From Octopus sinensis (taxonomy: Eukaryota), in NCBI RefSeq assembly GCF_006345805.1, contig NC_043008.1, positions 682,001 to 746,000 of the forward strand: DNA of 64,000 nt. Reading direction: 5' to 3'. Positions 13,573 to 27,707 of this stretch are shown in pieces. The notes under the pieces are model-generated. The model saw only the letters and a list, made by a program, of their open reading frames with translations, ran no database searches and had not been told where the DNA came from. The position numbers and the translations under genes are program-made. Position 1 is the first letter of the stretch. Each line of letters begins with the position of its first letter.

Positions 13573-13938
13573 TGGTAACTATTGAAAATGCTTTCATTTG
13601 TCATCCCCTTCGAAATTACTATTTTCCGTGGTTTGGGCTTTGACTGTTCCTTTTATCATGTAAGGTGTCCTGTTTGGATCACCTCTTTTGTGTATAAATG
13701 TACACTAATTTTATACGAAAAATGTTGTCTATTGACTATTTTATGTATTGGTAGAAAATTTCTTTAATTTTTTTAACCTATAATATTTTCTTTATAGGTA
13801 TATATATAGGTATATGTGTATATACATGTATATATAGGTATATATATATGTATATATGTATATATATTTATAGGTATATATTTTTTATATATATATATAT
13901 ATATATCTAGGTATAGATATATATAGATATAAATATCT

Positions 13939-13973
<35 letters not shown>

Positions 13974-14036
13974 TATAAATATAAATACACATGCATATTT
14001 ATCAATCTATTTATCTCTCTCTCTCTATATATATAA

Positions 14037-14123
<87 letters not shown>

Positions 14124-15899
14124 TACATATATACATGTCTATGCATATATGTGAGTGTGTGTGTGTATATATATATATATGTCTACATATAGATATGTAT
14201 GTGTACATCCTTATAAATATGTATGATTGTATATGTACATCTAAAGGTTGTTAGAGCTAGTACAGAGAATGTCAGAAAGGCAAAAGAAAGCTTCGTGCAG
14301 AAGACAAGGTCTCTTTATAAGAACGTTAGAAATATTTAAAGAAACTGATAAAAGAAATTACGCGGAAAATCTTAGTACAAATATTTGCTATCTTTAATAG
14401 GCAAAAATAGTTGAGTCTCTCAGACGGTTTCCTCCGTCGGCGCTCCCCCTCCCACGCCGTGTTTTGTGGCTGCTTCTATGTACCTCCCTCACCCACTTAC
14501 ATAGAACCAGATGTTCGATAATGAACGCAAAGTGAGGTGAATAACCTCAGCCGGGAACTGAATTCATGGAACATGATGACATTTCAATGTGTGTGAGTGT
14601 GAGTGCGTTAAAGTTTATCAGTGTCGGGATGCATGCGCATGTGTAATTGTGACTTTCTGCGTCGGTCTCTGCGTGTGTGTGTGTGTGTGTGTGTGCGTGT
14701 ATGTGTGTGCGTGCATGTGTGTGTATATATTTGTGTATGTGTGTGCGTGTGTGCGTGTGTGTGTATGTATATATTTATATAATATATATATAAATATATA
14801 TGCATATATGTATCTATGTACGCATATTTATAAGTGTGCATGTATGTATATTAATATCTATCTATCTATCTTATCCATCTATATACATACATAATAGATA
14901 CATATATATATATATACATACATAATAGATACATATATATATATACACAAAGAATATGAGTCTTTTAGTTCCCTTGTGAACTAAACGAATAGGTACGCTG
15001 AGTAAGTGCTATAGTAGATCGATCGTTAGGTTCCAAGATCACGGCTAAGGCAGGATCCAGGGATCAATGTTGTGATACTTGTCTGCCTTAGTTTTTGTTT
15101 TTCCTATAATATGATATGAATAAATAAATACATACATACATACACACATACATGCATGCATACATGCGTACATACATGCATGCATATGTGTATCATGATA
15201 CTAATATATACTCCGAGTTAAAGCGATATTTATGTATAAACAATTGACTGAAAATGATGAGCTAACCCAAGCCAGAATCGAACCCACAAATCAATGCTTA
15301 CACGGCTCCTTGCGTATCCGATTGAATCAAATGCGCACCCATATTTATACGTATATATATTTATACATACACACACACACACACAGACACACACACACAT
15401 ATATATATATATGTATATCATACATACATCTATATGTGTGTGCATGTGTGTGTGTGTGTGCGCGCATGTGTGCGTGTGTGCATGTGAGTGTGTGTATTTG
15501 AGTGTGTGAACATTTCTCTCTCTCTGTGTTTATGTTTCTGTGCAGGTGTTTGTGCCTTTATGCATTCGCTTCGAGTGCCAAAAAGCATTGTCACCGACAG
15601 CAGGTTTAAGGTCCGGTCAGCCCTGCCAAATAGCGAGCGTCCAATCTGCCGTGCCCGATCGTCTCAATCCATATCTGAAGGATGTTAAGATATTAAGATG
15701 TTGCCTACAACCTTCTGCACATGAGAATGCGTATATGACTTGTGGGAGCGTTGGTAGGTTGTGATAGGTGTAGGCTAAAAACAGTGGGCGAGTCAATGAA
15801 ATTACAAGTTCTGGATGCGTTCTTGTTATACACTACATTAGCTTGGCGCCCTGACAAGTAATTCTATACACAGGGTTTCATGTTATTTCTTAACTTGTT

Positions 15900-16230
15900 G
15901 ACTTAATGTTGGTTCTTGAATGCGTTGATCTTATAATGTTCTTTTTGTTTAGGCTATAGCCTTCAACTCACCAAGACCACGAATCAAACAAATTCCTACT
16001 GTAATCTGCCGTCTTTTTCTTTCAGGGATAACATAACCCAGGACTAAATTATCCGGTGTAGATGTCTCATATGATTTATGAAAATTTTCAAGATAATTTT
16101 CTGTAGTGTGAGGATGAATTGTTTGATATTCTAGAAAATCGAAGAACTTCGGAATGTGTTGATAGTGTTGTAATTGATATTAGTGGTGTTGTCGTTCTAG
16201 ATTTGGTGTTGTCCCCGTGTCGATAAGCGT
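15900..16230 (-). mobile_element. Possible highly decayed non-LTR/PLE reverse-transcriptase fragment
   Basis: TACACCG(G)ATAATTTAGTCCTG resembles YADDLVL; RHGD upstream; many stops. Confidence 0.3.
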
Positions 16231-16258
16231 ATATATAAATATGAATAGCGATATATAT

Positions 16259-16301
<43 letters not shown>

Positions 16302-16339
16302 CGTCTATATACAAATATATAATATATATATATATGTTA

Positions 16340-16439
<100 letters not shown>

Positions 16440-16478
16440 GTATTTATATATATATATGTGCGTATATATATGTATATG

Positions 16479-16524
<46 letters not shown>

Positions 16525-17239
16525 ATAATCAAAGATAAGCAACAACATCCGGTAATTTAGTACAATTGTTTCATACTACAACATTTTATTAAAATATATA
16601 TATATATGTGTATATAGATATATGTATATGTATGTATATATGTATGTGTGTGAGTGTGTGTATGTATACAACAGGCTTCTTTCTCTCTACGAAATTCACA
16701 ACCACGCCTGCACTTACACCACACACACACCACACATATATACACACTCATGTATTTATGTTTTCATGTAGGGGAAAATAGGTATATGCGTGTTTGTGAG
16801 TGTGTGTGTTTGTGCGTGTGTGTGTGTCTGTGTGTCCCATGAAGGAGAAACGCGAAAATAAAGAGAACAGCTTAGAAAGTTGTTGAGATTCAGAGAGGGA
16901 CAGAAAGAGAGGCAGACTTATGGCGAGAGAAAATAGTCTTTCACTTTTCCACACCTCTTTCGCTTCAGCTGTCTCTTTCGATCTCCATTCCCCTCTCTCT
17001 CTCTCTCTTTCACTCTCTTTTTCTCTCTTTCTATCTCTTTCTCCCCCTCTTCCTCTCTCTACTCTTATTCTTCCGTCCGTCTGCCCCCATTGTCCCGTCT
17101 GGTCGTTCATTCACTCCGTCTGTCTTTGTGTCCACTGTCCGATGATACTCTATCAGCATATCTCCGTTTCTGACCGACTCTGCCCCGCCTCTCTCTCTCC
17201 CTCTCTCTCTCTCTGAATATGCGTATGTGTGTGTGTAAG

Positions 17240-17274
<35 letters not shown>

Positions 17275-17981
17275 TGTGTGTGTGTGCGTGCGTGTGTGTG
17301 TGTGTCTAGTGTTTTTGTGCGTGCTAACAAGTTTGTTAATAATATTTGATGAAAAATAACATAAGACAAAACAAAAACAAAAACTGTCTGCTTTCACTTC
17401 TTCCTCCATCCTCTCTCTCTCTCTCCCCCTCCCCACTCTCTCTATTTCTCTGTCTATCTATCTGCCTGCCTCACTGTCTCTCTCTGTCTCTCTCTGTTTG
17501 TCTCTCTCTCTCTTTATAATCTCTCTCTGTCTCTCTGTCTCTCTCTTTCTCTTTACGCACTGCACCTGCGCGTTTCTTTTTTTCTGTGTCTCTTCTGCTT
17601 AGGAGTGAGTAAAGACCATTGACCTGATATGTGTAGGCTATGGAACTGTTGTCGCTAGTGTATCTACGTTGCTCCATTCATTCTCTAAATATATATATTA
17701 TTTTCAAGTATTGCTACTTCAGACCCCATAATTAGGCGAACCCCTCCCCTCCTCCGCTTTCTTTTAAATGTCCGGTTACGCAAAACAAAACAATTACATA
17801 TTATTGACCTGTTTTCTTGACCTGTATATTTTGTGAAATTTTAATTATTTTGTTTATTTCGTTGCCTTACAATTGTAATTTCACTCCAATCCTCCTAATT
17901 GCCGCTGCCCTCTTGCTTACAAAAACCGTTGCTAGTTTTTTGTTTTTTTTTGTATTTGTTTTTAGTTTGAAATAGAGAGGT

Positions 17982-17983
<2 letters not shown>

Positions 17984-18019
<36 letters not shown>

Positions 18020-18036
18020 ACGCCATCATCATCATC

Positions 18037-18067
<31 letters not shown>

Positions 18068-18438
18068 TATCAACGTCATCATCATTATCAACGTCATCAT
18101 CATCATCATTACTATCAGCAATATCGTCGCCGTCGCCATCTCACCACTGCCACCAAAATCCGCCACCACAAGTGCTTATCATCATCACCAACACCATCAT
18201 CGTCATCATTGATATCTTCACAACTACTACTACTACTTCTACTACTACTACTACTACTACTACTACTAATAATAATACTACTACTACAACAACAACTACT
18301 ACTACTACTACTATCACCACCACCACCAATAACAACAAAAACTAATACTACTACCACTACCACCACCACAACCACCACCTACTACTACTACCACTACCAC
18401 CACCAACTACTACTACCACTACCACTACCACCACCAAT

Positions 18439-18474
<36 letters not shown>

Positions 18475-18782
18475 AACTACCACTACCACTACCACCACCA
18501 CCACTACCACCACCACCACCAACAACAACAACTACTACTACTACTACTACTACTATTGCTGCTGCTGCTATAGCTGCCAGGACTGCCACCATCACCACCA
18601 CCAACCACCACAACAACAACAACAACAAGCAACAATCCCCAAGAAAAAAACTACTACTATTGCTGCTGCAGCTGCAGCTGCTGCCACTTCTACCACTGCA
18701 ACTACAACCACCACCGTTACAACCACCGCCACTACAACAATAACAACCACAATAACAGTAGCTACAACTACTACTACGGCTT
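17984..18782. repeat. Long compound trinucleotide tract (CAT, TAC, CAC, AAC, GCT)
   Basis: Direct reading. Confidence 0.95.
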
Positions 18783-19040
18783 AGTGAAAGAGCACATGTC
18801 ATCTGCATCAGGATGTCTGCACAAACTGCTAAATTCTAAATGCAGCAACGTACACCGAATGCTCGGGTAGATTACGTGATGTTTGTACGATTCTTGTTGT
18901 CTGCCAATATTTGTTGTGCAGATGTGTATATATATATATGTCTATATATATATATATGCGTGAAAATGTCATTAGTACATAAGTACTCTCTCCCTCCCAC
19001 TCTCTCTCCCTCCCTCCGCCTGTCTCTCCCTCTCCTTCTC

Positions 19041-19071
<31 letters not shown>

Positions 19072-19224
19072 TAGACACACACATATGCACACATATATAT
19101 GAGCCTGTGCACATATATGTGCTGGTAAGTATACATACACACACAAATACATATATATATATATGTATGTATAACGCACGAAACTTTCAGTTCTTGAGTC
19201 ACACTGTTGTCTCTGTTAAATATT

Positions 19225-19265
<41 letters not shown>

Positions 19266-19280
19266 GTATGTATGCATGTA

Positions 19281-19326
<46 letters not shown>

Positions 19327-19339
19327 TATATATATATAT

Positions 19340-19370
<31 letters not shown>

Positions 19371-19449
19371 CATACACATACATACATATGTTGGTATGTA
19401 TATACATATATATATATATATAATATATCTATGTATATATATATATACA

Positions 19450-19516
<67 letters not shown>

Positions 19517-20344
19517 ATACATATATATGTATATATATATATATATACATGCATAGTTATATTGTATAAATTATGTATACGTGCAATATATTTATATACA
19601 GCTGTATTATCATTTGTACATGTGGGGTATCATTTCAGACACTTAAGATACGATTGATCTCTCAGTTGCAACACCACACGTTTGTAAACGCTGGCGTTGG
19701 CGGGAGCATAGCTGTTATAATAGAATTCGAGGCGTTTCTAACGTTGAGTCGTCTTAAGCAATGAATTCAGTAAAAATTTATCCAGAAGCCTTTTAGAGAA
19801 CACATTGCCGATCTACAACTGCTGTAATAGAGAATGTAGGAGCCCCAGAGCATTGCTTTGCTCGGAGGCCTAACATGTTGTTTAGACTCCAACGCAGAGA
19901 CTGGGCAATTAATTTGCAATAAACATTAAGTAGATTTGTTCAGCAATTTCTTGTTGAGTGTTTCTTGTTCGCTAACAATGTGTGTCTTTAGTAATAATTA
20001 TCTAAGCTGAGATAATAACAAAGATTTAATGAGTCGTTGGTCAAGCAGGTAGTCACATACATTGCGTAGATGTTAGGCTAAAAGTCTCTTAAGCTAACAC
20101 AGTCGCCGTCGTCGTCGTCGAGAGAGGGAAAGAGAGAGAGAGAAAGAGAGAGAGAGAAAGAGAGAGAGAATGAGAGAACGAGAGGAAGAGGGAGAGAGAG
20201 AGAGAGGAGATAGATAGAAAGAGGGAGAGAACGAGAGGAAGAGGGAGAGAGAGAGGAGATTGATAAAAAGAGGGAGCAAAAAAGTGGTGATGATGATAGT
20301 AGTGAGTATGTGTTTAGAAGACCTTAAATGAAATATTTTACAAA

Positions 20345-20375
<31 letters not shown>

Positions 20376-20561
20376 AAGGGAATTAATAAATCGGTGACTG
20401 CTGATATATAAACTAACAAATTACATTGGACTGACAGTAAACTCCTTCAAAAGTTGCCTTCACATTCACAAAACCTCACTTCGTCATCAATATATGTAGT
20501 AAACCTTAGGACATTCGAAGTACAAGGGGAAATAGATAGATAGATAAATAGAAAAATTGAC

Positions 20562-20624
<63 letters not shown>

Positions 20625-21010
20625 AGTGGTGGGGGAATAAAGAAACACACACACACATACCGGACAAAGTCACATGTTAGATACGACAACGATATTTAAG
20701 AATCGTAAATGTTTTTCGATTGTCTTACAAAAAACAAAAGAAACAACCACTCTCTATGCTTTGCTACGCTATTTCCCTGCTGAACGAGAGAAGTCAAGTA
20801 ATCTTGACCTCATTTCACTGACCCAGTTCCATCGTCGACAATTTCATATCAGAAAGTCCTTGACTTCACCGATCACATGGTTTTGTAAGAATGGTTAACG
20901 CCCGCATTTTGCGCATTTACACAAGTCTTCAACCGTAAAGTTGCTTCAGATTTACTGGGTTAAATTGATCGATCTTTACCTGCCGATTTCAATAATTACA
21001 AAGAAATTTA

Positions 21011-21121
21011 TACGTTATTTACGTTATTTACATTTGACGGATATTTGTCCTCATCATATGGCGTAGTGGTTAAGAGCGCGGGCTACTAAGCCCGAGATCC
21101 GAGATCGATTCCAGGAAGTGA

Positions 21122-21163
<42 letters not shown>

Positions 21164-21362
21164 CAACAACAATAAACAAAATCGACAAATACCTTAGGAA
21201 TGAGAATCCAGGTATGAAATTTCCCCAAGACACCTGATGAAGGCTGGAGGATATATCAGCCAAAACATTGTGTTAACAACAAACAAGATGAGGACAAATA
21301 TACGTCAAATGTAAATAATGTAAATAATGTACGTAACTCCTCATTTCTTAAATCTAGAGCTG
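21011..21362 (+). mobile_element. Composite short retroelement: inverted arm + tRNA-like head + (AAT)n + HHR + PLE-type 3' end
   Basis: 21011-21055 is the reverse complement of 21287-21331; head ggcgtagtggttaagagcgcgggct...gatcgattcc; HHR at 21229-21274; ~30-nt tail beyond the arm. Confidence 0.65.
21229..21274 (+). ncRNA. Decayed hammerhead motif in a tRNA-headed element
   Basis: gacac-CTGATGA-a-ggctg..cagcc-AAAA-ca-TT-gtgtt; two G-to-A changes at former CpGs would have turned GAAACGTT into AAAACATT. Confidence 0.55.
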
Positions 21363-21474
21363 AAAGAAATTTATCCTATCAATGGAATTTCTTCACAATA
21401 TCGATCATAGCATTTTACCATTATGCCCAAATTTGACTATTATCGTTTATTATTACAATTCATTTTTTTTTAAA

Positions 21475-21985
21475 GTTCTTTTACTTGTTTCAGTCATTTG
21501 ACTGCAGCAATGCTAGAGCAATACCATGAAGGGCTTTTGACGGACAAATCAACCCCAGGACTTATTTTTTAAGCCTAGTACTTATTCTATTGGGTCTATT
21601 ATTGCCGAACCGTTAAGTTGCGGAGACATAAACACACCAAGAACGGTTGTCAAGCTTGCTTGCTTGCTTGAGACAGCATTCACTCGGGGTGGGTTGAGCT
21701 GGTTTCATTCAACCTCAATACTGCATCTCTCACAAACGCCGACCAGGCCTGGCGATTTGTCAAGCGGTGATGAGGGAGGGCAAACCCAGACGCAAAGACA
21801 CACAAACACATACACACATAGGATGAGTTTCTATCATATCAGCTTCCGTCTACCAAATCCACTTTTTGGTCGGTCCGAGGCTATAGTAGAAGACACTTGC
21901 CCAAGCTGCCATGCAATGGGACTGAACCCGGAAGCACATGGCTGGGAAGCAAGCTTCTTACCAGACAGCCACGCCTGCGCCTACA
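21475..21985 (-). mobile_element. SINE family A interrupted by an RTE fragment
   Basis: 3' arm at 21475-21655 and 5' part at 21757-21985. Confidence 0.8.
21656..21756 (-). mobile_element. 101-bp RTE-type LINE 3' end nested in a SINE
   Basis: AWSAFVRDAVLRLNETSSTHPE* followed by a (CAAG)n tail; 9-bp target-site duplication TTGTCAAGC at 21647-21655 and 21757-21765. Confidence 0.7.
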
Positions 21986-22074
21986 TAATAGGCGTAATTT
22001 TGTAAAATTAGCATCTGGCAACGAGAGGTTCCTGCGTCATTATAGCTTCAGTCATCCACAAGCAGTGAGGAAAG

Positions 22075-24260
22075 AAAAACGCAATTTACTGGGTTACGTT
22101 GCTTAGGTTAAAATGAATCGTTTTTTATTTCAGTTATTTTCTCATGCTTTGTTTTTTCAATGTATATATGCTACATACATTGTCTTATTGTATCATATAC
22201 TACATACATTTCAATGATTCTGTGGTGACATTACATATGCATTTCAATGTAAATAAAATATATGCTGTTCCAAAATTTCCTCTTGACTTTTCCTTACAGA
22301 TCTCAACATCATTTGAAAGACGAATGGTTTCTAGATGTGTAGCAAGCTCGGATAACTTTTGTTACATTTGTGACGAGTTTATAATTAAGAAACGTCAGAA
22401 AATCATTACGAGTTTGTCAAAAAGTCTTACTATGTCTACTTTGGCGTGAAATTCGGAGTCCAAGATAAGAGGTGGGACCCTCATAAGGTCTGCTCAATTT
22501 GTGTTGCAGAAATAATACAATGAAGAAAATGTTGAGAAGCCTTTTCGTTTTTGGGTTCCAATGGAGAGAGCATAAAAATCATAGTAATGACTGCTACTTT
22601 TACTCATGTAAGTTTAAGGTACACGATACGAAGAGTAGGAAAAAATTGTTTCTTCAAGTCTCTCTATTGAGACCTGTTGCCCATGTGCCAAGTGTTCCAG
22701 TCTCTTAACCACCAAGAAACCTTGAAGGCATACGTTTGAGTTCTGAGTCAGAAGGTAGAAATAACAATGACGACGAAGACTTGAATATCAGCGAAGATGA
22801 AGGGCCTCATTTATTCAACAAGAGTAAATTAAATGATCTTGTGAGGGAGTTAGGATTCGCAAAGCTCAGCAGTGCTTTTAAGTTCCAGGCTTAAATCCAA
22901 GAATCTTTAAGCTCCTCGTGCATCATTCTACAGATATCGTACCCGCGTAAACGAATTTATTCCTTATTTCACCCAAGAAAATTTTATTTATTGCACAAAT
23001 TCATCAAAACTATTATGAAAGATTCGCATAAGTTACATCTCTGATGAGTGCGATACTCTTTATTGACCCTTCAAAGAGAAATTTTATAGCTGCTCTACTG
23101 CATAATGGCAATAAATATACTTCCATCCCTGTTAGGTACAATCCATGATCATGAAGGAAATACATGATAATTTGGTGTCACTCTTACACAAGATTAAATT
23201 CAGAGATTCCAGCTGGATGATTTGCGTCGACTTGAAAATAATAATTTGTATGTCGCTTGGTAACAGTCAGGCTATACATAATTTCCTTGTTTCTTGTGTG
23301 AATGGGACAATAGAGCCAGGAACCTCCACTGGCATAAAGAAGAATGGCCAAGGTTAGATACAGTTACACCAGGAACAAACAATATCTTTCAAGAAAGTTT
23401 GATTGATCCCAAACAGATTCTTTTGCCTCCTCTACATATAAACCTTGGCCTCGTGAAGTAATTCGTAAAAGCTTTGCTACAATATGAAGAAGGCTTCAAA
23501 TATTTATGCAAATTTCCTGCTCTATCCGGCGCCAAGTTTGAAGAGAGTGTATATGTAGAACTAGATATAAAGAAACACCTGAGGGACGAAACTTTTGAAG
23601 GCACTTTTAGCGATTCTCAAAAGCGATGCGTGGATTAGTTTTAAAAATGTGATGAAGAATTACTTGGGTAGTCACAAGCATCCAAACTACAAAGATATAG
23701 TGAAAAGAATTATGGAAAAGTTCGCGGTCTTTGGATGTAAAATGAGCATTTCTTACACTCCCTTTGGATTTCTGAAATCTCCCTTTGAAATCTGGGTGGA
23801 GGGGTGTGAATGGGGTGGTGGGAGAAATTTTTCATCGTGAGAGATGGAAAGAAGATATCTGAGAAGATGGAATATCAACATGATGGCCGACTACAGCTGA
23901 ATGATGCTTCGTGAATGCCCAGCAAATATCCACAAACAAAGGGGTTCCAGGCGTAGTTTCCAAGTGAAAAAGAAGAGATTTTGAGGTGCTAGCCTATAAA
24001 ATGAATAGAATCCTTGTAAAAATGTATTTCTTTACCTGTCAATTGCATTTATGCTATTTTCTTTTGATAAAGAAAGTTCCAGATTCATTTTGACTAGTTC
24101 ATTTTGTCCTACCTTATGTGGGTTTACCAACAAATTATGGTATATTTCATCGTAGAATTGTGAGAAACAGTTAATGGGAAAGTGCTATGTTGATATTTCG
24201 AATTAAGACCACAAAAATATATTAAATAATATACAAGTATCAAAACAATTTTTAAACAGT
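22075..24260 (+). mobile_element. Decayed Chapaev3-type (CMC superfamily) DNA transposon; pseudo-transposase ~22324-23984
   Basis: Across frameshifts: FCYIC, DKRWDPHKVCSIC, WREHKNHSNDCYF, LFIDPS..ALLHNGN, WMICVDLK, LPPLHINLGLVK*FVKAL, FGCKMS, MERRY..WNINMMADY. Many stops; termini degenerate. Confidence 0.8.
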
Positions 24261-25447
24261 TCCATTTCGAAGACGCGTGGTATTTTTTTCACACTATGTA
24301 TATAAGTACAGTTGACGAAAATGCTGTTTGTTTCAAACCATGGTTTCTGTATCACAAAAAGCGCTACACACACACGCGCACGCACACACACACGGATACA
24401 CACACATACACACACTTACACACACAGACACAGACACATACACACATACACACACGCACACATACACAGATACAGATACATACACAAACATACATACAGA
24501 CACACACACATGCGCACATACATATACACACATACACACGCATACACAGACACATACACACACATACACATGCACATACAAACACACACACACGCACGCA
24601 CACACTTAAACTCACACACACTCACACACATACACACACATGCACATACAGACAGCCAAACACCTACATATACATACATATCCATATCGATAGCCATAGT
24701 GTATTAAGTATTTTATGAGTGTATTTTTCGTGCGTATCTGTGCGCATGCACATAGGGATGGTCGACGTAGTGTGCCCATGCACGTGCTTTCTGAATCAGG
24801 TTTTGCTCGGGGCTAAACAAATGTATCAAGAAAAAAAACCATCACCACAACCACCACCACCATCACAAAAAGAATAAGAAAAACAACAACTATATCATCA
24901 TCATCATCATCAACAACAACAACAACAGCAACGACAACAACGATGATGGGAATAACATTATAATGTGCGTGATGTGTATTTAATCCAAACTGAATGTCGT
25001 GTTCAGTTCTCTGGAAGTTTTAATTCTTGCCCACGGCATTCTGTTCAATTATGATGTAAATATTTAAACGTTTGTATGTCCTTCTTCTCTTCTTGATGCT
25101 ATATCTAGAATTTAAGCCTCTAATTCAATTTCGTAGTAATATGCATTAACACACAATTCAAGCTACAGGAGTGCCACGACAAATATTTTATCTCCTGTAA
25201 AACATTTGCCTCCACTATCTGAGAAGTTGTTTATTTATATCGAGTTTATGATATGTATGTGATACTTATGCTTTAATGTTACGAATATTTCTTCTTTTTT
25301 TTTACCTCCATCTGGTACCAGATAGAAGGAACTACGTTCAGTATGCGATGCTATTAACACTGAAGAGATTTATTCAGATGGAAATGGATTTCTGAAGACC
25401 ATTTGCGATACCAGTGAACACTTAGCATGCTGTATATCTTACTTAAT

Positions 25448-25600
25448 GTGAAGCAATTCGTAAAAGCTTTGCTACAAGATGAAGGCTTCAAGTATTTACG
25501 TAAATTTCCAGCTCTATCCGGCGCCAAGTTTGAAGAGGGTGTATATGTAGAACTAGATATATGGAAACACCTAAGTGGCGAAAATCTTGAAGGCACTCTA
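25448..25600 (+). mobile_element. Second fragment of the same transposase (KQFVKALLQDEGFKYLRKFPALSGAKFEEGVYVELDI)
   Basis: Closely similar to 23453-23608. Confidence 0.8.
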
Positions 25601-27267
25601 TAATGAAAGACAGCCTGAACACACGGTGTTGTTCGACTTGATAAGACATCTGGTGAATTTATATAGCTCTAAAAGTTTCAGAAGTATCGGTAGCAGCCGA
25701 AAAATGTCGAGTAGCAGCGGTGAAATAGCGAGATCCGGGTTTCTGCGTCTTTGTGCGTCATAGCAAGTGTTCACTATCAACCTGCAGGGTCAGAGAAATT
25801 TCGATTCCACTGATAAAGAAAATAGTGACAAACAAATTAATGGTGTCGTAAATACACAGAAATCCGAAATCTAGGAAAATCCCACCGCTTCTGCTGGTGA
25901 CTTGGTCTGCTGATGATTTTTCTGTGCCTTTTCTTTTTAGCAGTAAGTCTACACGAGATGCTTGCTTAATATCGCAAAGATGTGGCTTTCCTACAGTGTG
26001 TCAACATTTAGTAAGATACAAAGAATGCTATTTTGAACTAATACTGCTTCCGTCCTTTGTAACGAAATGTACATTATATAAATACGAGCTAATGAAAATA
26101 CTTTACTTTTCTATGTCACCCCGTGCAACCTGCAGCTCACTCTTCTAACAATTCTCTCTCTCTTTCTCTCTCTCTCTCGCTCTCTCTCTCGTTCTCTCTC
26201 TCTCTCAGACACGGCTATAGATGCGAGAAAAAGAGGAAGAAAAGAAGAACTAGGAAGAGGTAAAGGAGGAGGAAAAGAAGAAGAAGAGGACGAAAAGGAG
26301 GAGAAGGTGGGAGAAGATGAGGAAGATGAGGAGCAAGAAATGCAGGAAGAAGAGAAGGAAAAGGAGGAGAAAGGAGAAGAAGGGAAAGTAGTTGAAGAGG
26401 AGGAAGAAGAACAAGAAGAGGAGGGGATAAAGAGGGAGAGAAGGAATATTATAAGGCGACACGTGATTGACGGCAAATCAGAGATTTAAATTAGACTCAA
26501 AGAGGATTTGAACTCTTCGTTTGTTCTGCCAGCATTCTACCGATATCATTTCTTCATTCGACATAGTTGTTTTAGCAACGAATCTGATTTCTCAAAACAT
26601 ACAGGAAAAGCTGTAAAAATGTATGTTTAATCAAGAAACGTTAGATGTACATGATAATAAATCAGGAAATTAAAACCAGCCAGCTGATCCCATATTCGGG
26701 ACAATAACAAATATGTCACGTACAAAATATATAGATCGGTAGGAAATACGATGCTGTATTCTGTAGACAGAGAGCGTGAAATATTCAATGAAGAGGAATG
26801 GTAAAGTTGGGACGCTCTTTCGGTTCTCAGGTAGAGTCTGCATAACTGTATTTAGAAAAAGAAAGCTGTGTTATTATATTTAAACTATTTCGAAGTTAGA
26901 CGCAGGTAAAGTAATTTGTTTTAAGTGTATTATTGTAGTAGCACAGCGTTGCACAGATATGAGATGAAGGCCAACCTGAATTCTTTGAATTGGAGGTGGT
27001 TTACACACCTACATTCATGAATATATGAATGGATATGAGTTGCTGTTTGTTACAGCACGTAATTGCATGCTTATAAATTTTGTTTGCATAATAGTGAGAG
27101 AGAGGCAGAGAGAGAGAGTGAGAGAGTGAGAGAGAGATGGAGAGAAAGAGAGAGATGGAGAAAGAGCGGAGGAGAGAGAGAAGGAGACAGAGGGTATATG
27201 TGTGTGTATATGTATGTGTGTGTGTCAGCGTGCGTGCTTTGCAAGTGTTTATTGTAAAAATATTTTA

Positions 27268-27313
<46 letters not shown>

Positions 27314-27521
27314 ATATATATATATATACATATGTATATATGTATGCGTGTGTGTATGTGTGTGTTTGAGTATGACTGTGTGTCTATAAGTATGTGTGTG
27401 CTCGCGCGTGTGTGTATATATATACTTACGTAAAGATAATATGAACAAATATTATCTTTTGTTCTTAGTTCCTCAATGTTTTTCCTTCCCTGCCATACTG
27501 CAACTGGGTTTGGCCATGAAT

Positions 27522-27707
27522 TCATTCCAATCGCAACATTTCATTTTTCTCTTTCTTTCTACTTTTATTTCTAATAAGAAACGTTGCCAGAACCTCGTTC
27601 AACTCGTCACGCGTCACCATTTCACGACAGAGAGGCGCTGAGAGGCCTCCCAGTTGTGTGAATATGATATGTGCTTGTACAAAGAAGTCATTTGTTTGTA
27701 TTGATTT
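27522..27707 (-). CDS. Candidate phase-0 terminal exon: KSIQTNDFFVQAHIIFTQLGGLSAPLCREMVTRDELNEVLATFLIRNKSRKKEKNEMLRLE*
   Basis: Acceptor ctaatgctaaaccattccag|AAA with branch-like ctaat/ctaaac; 61 open codons; protein-like composition; no homology recognised. Confidence 0.35.
   Translation of the reverse strand, partial: KSIQTNDFFVQAHIIFTQLGGLSAPLCREMVTRDELNEVLATFLIRNKSRKKEKNEMLRLE

Noticed and set aside
21056-21125. tRNA genes at tRNA-like heads (also 57093 and 59129)
   Set aside because: No complete cloverleaf, and each continues into a repeat body, so they are SINE heads.
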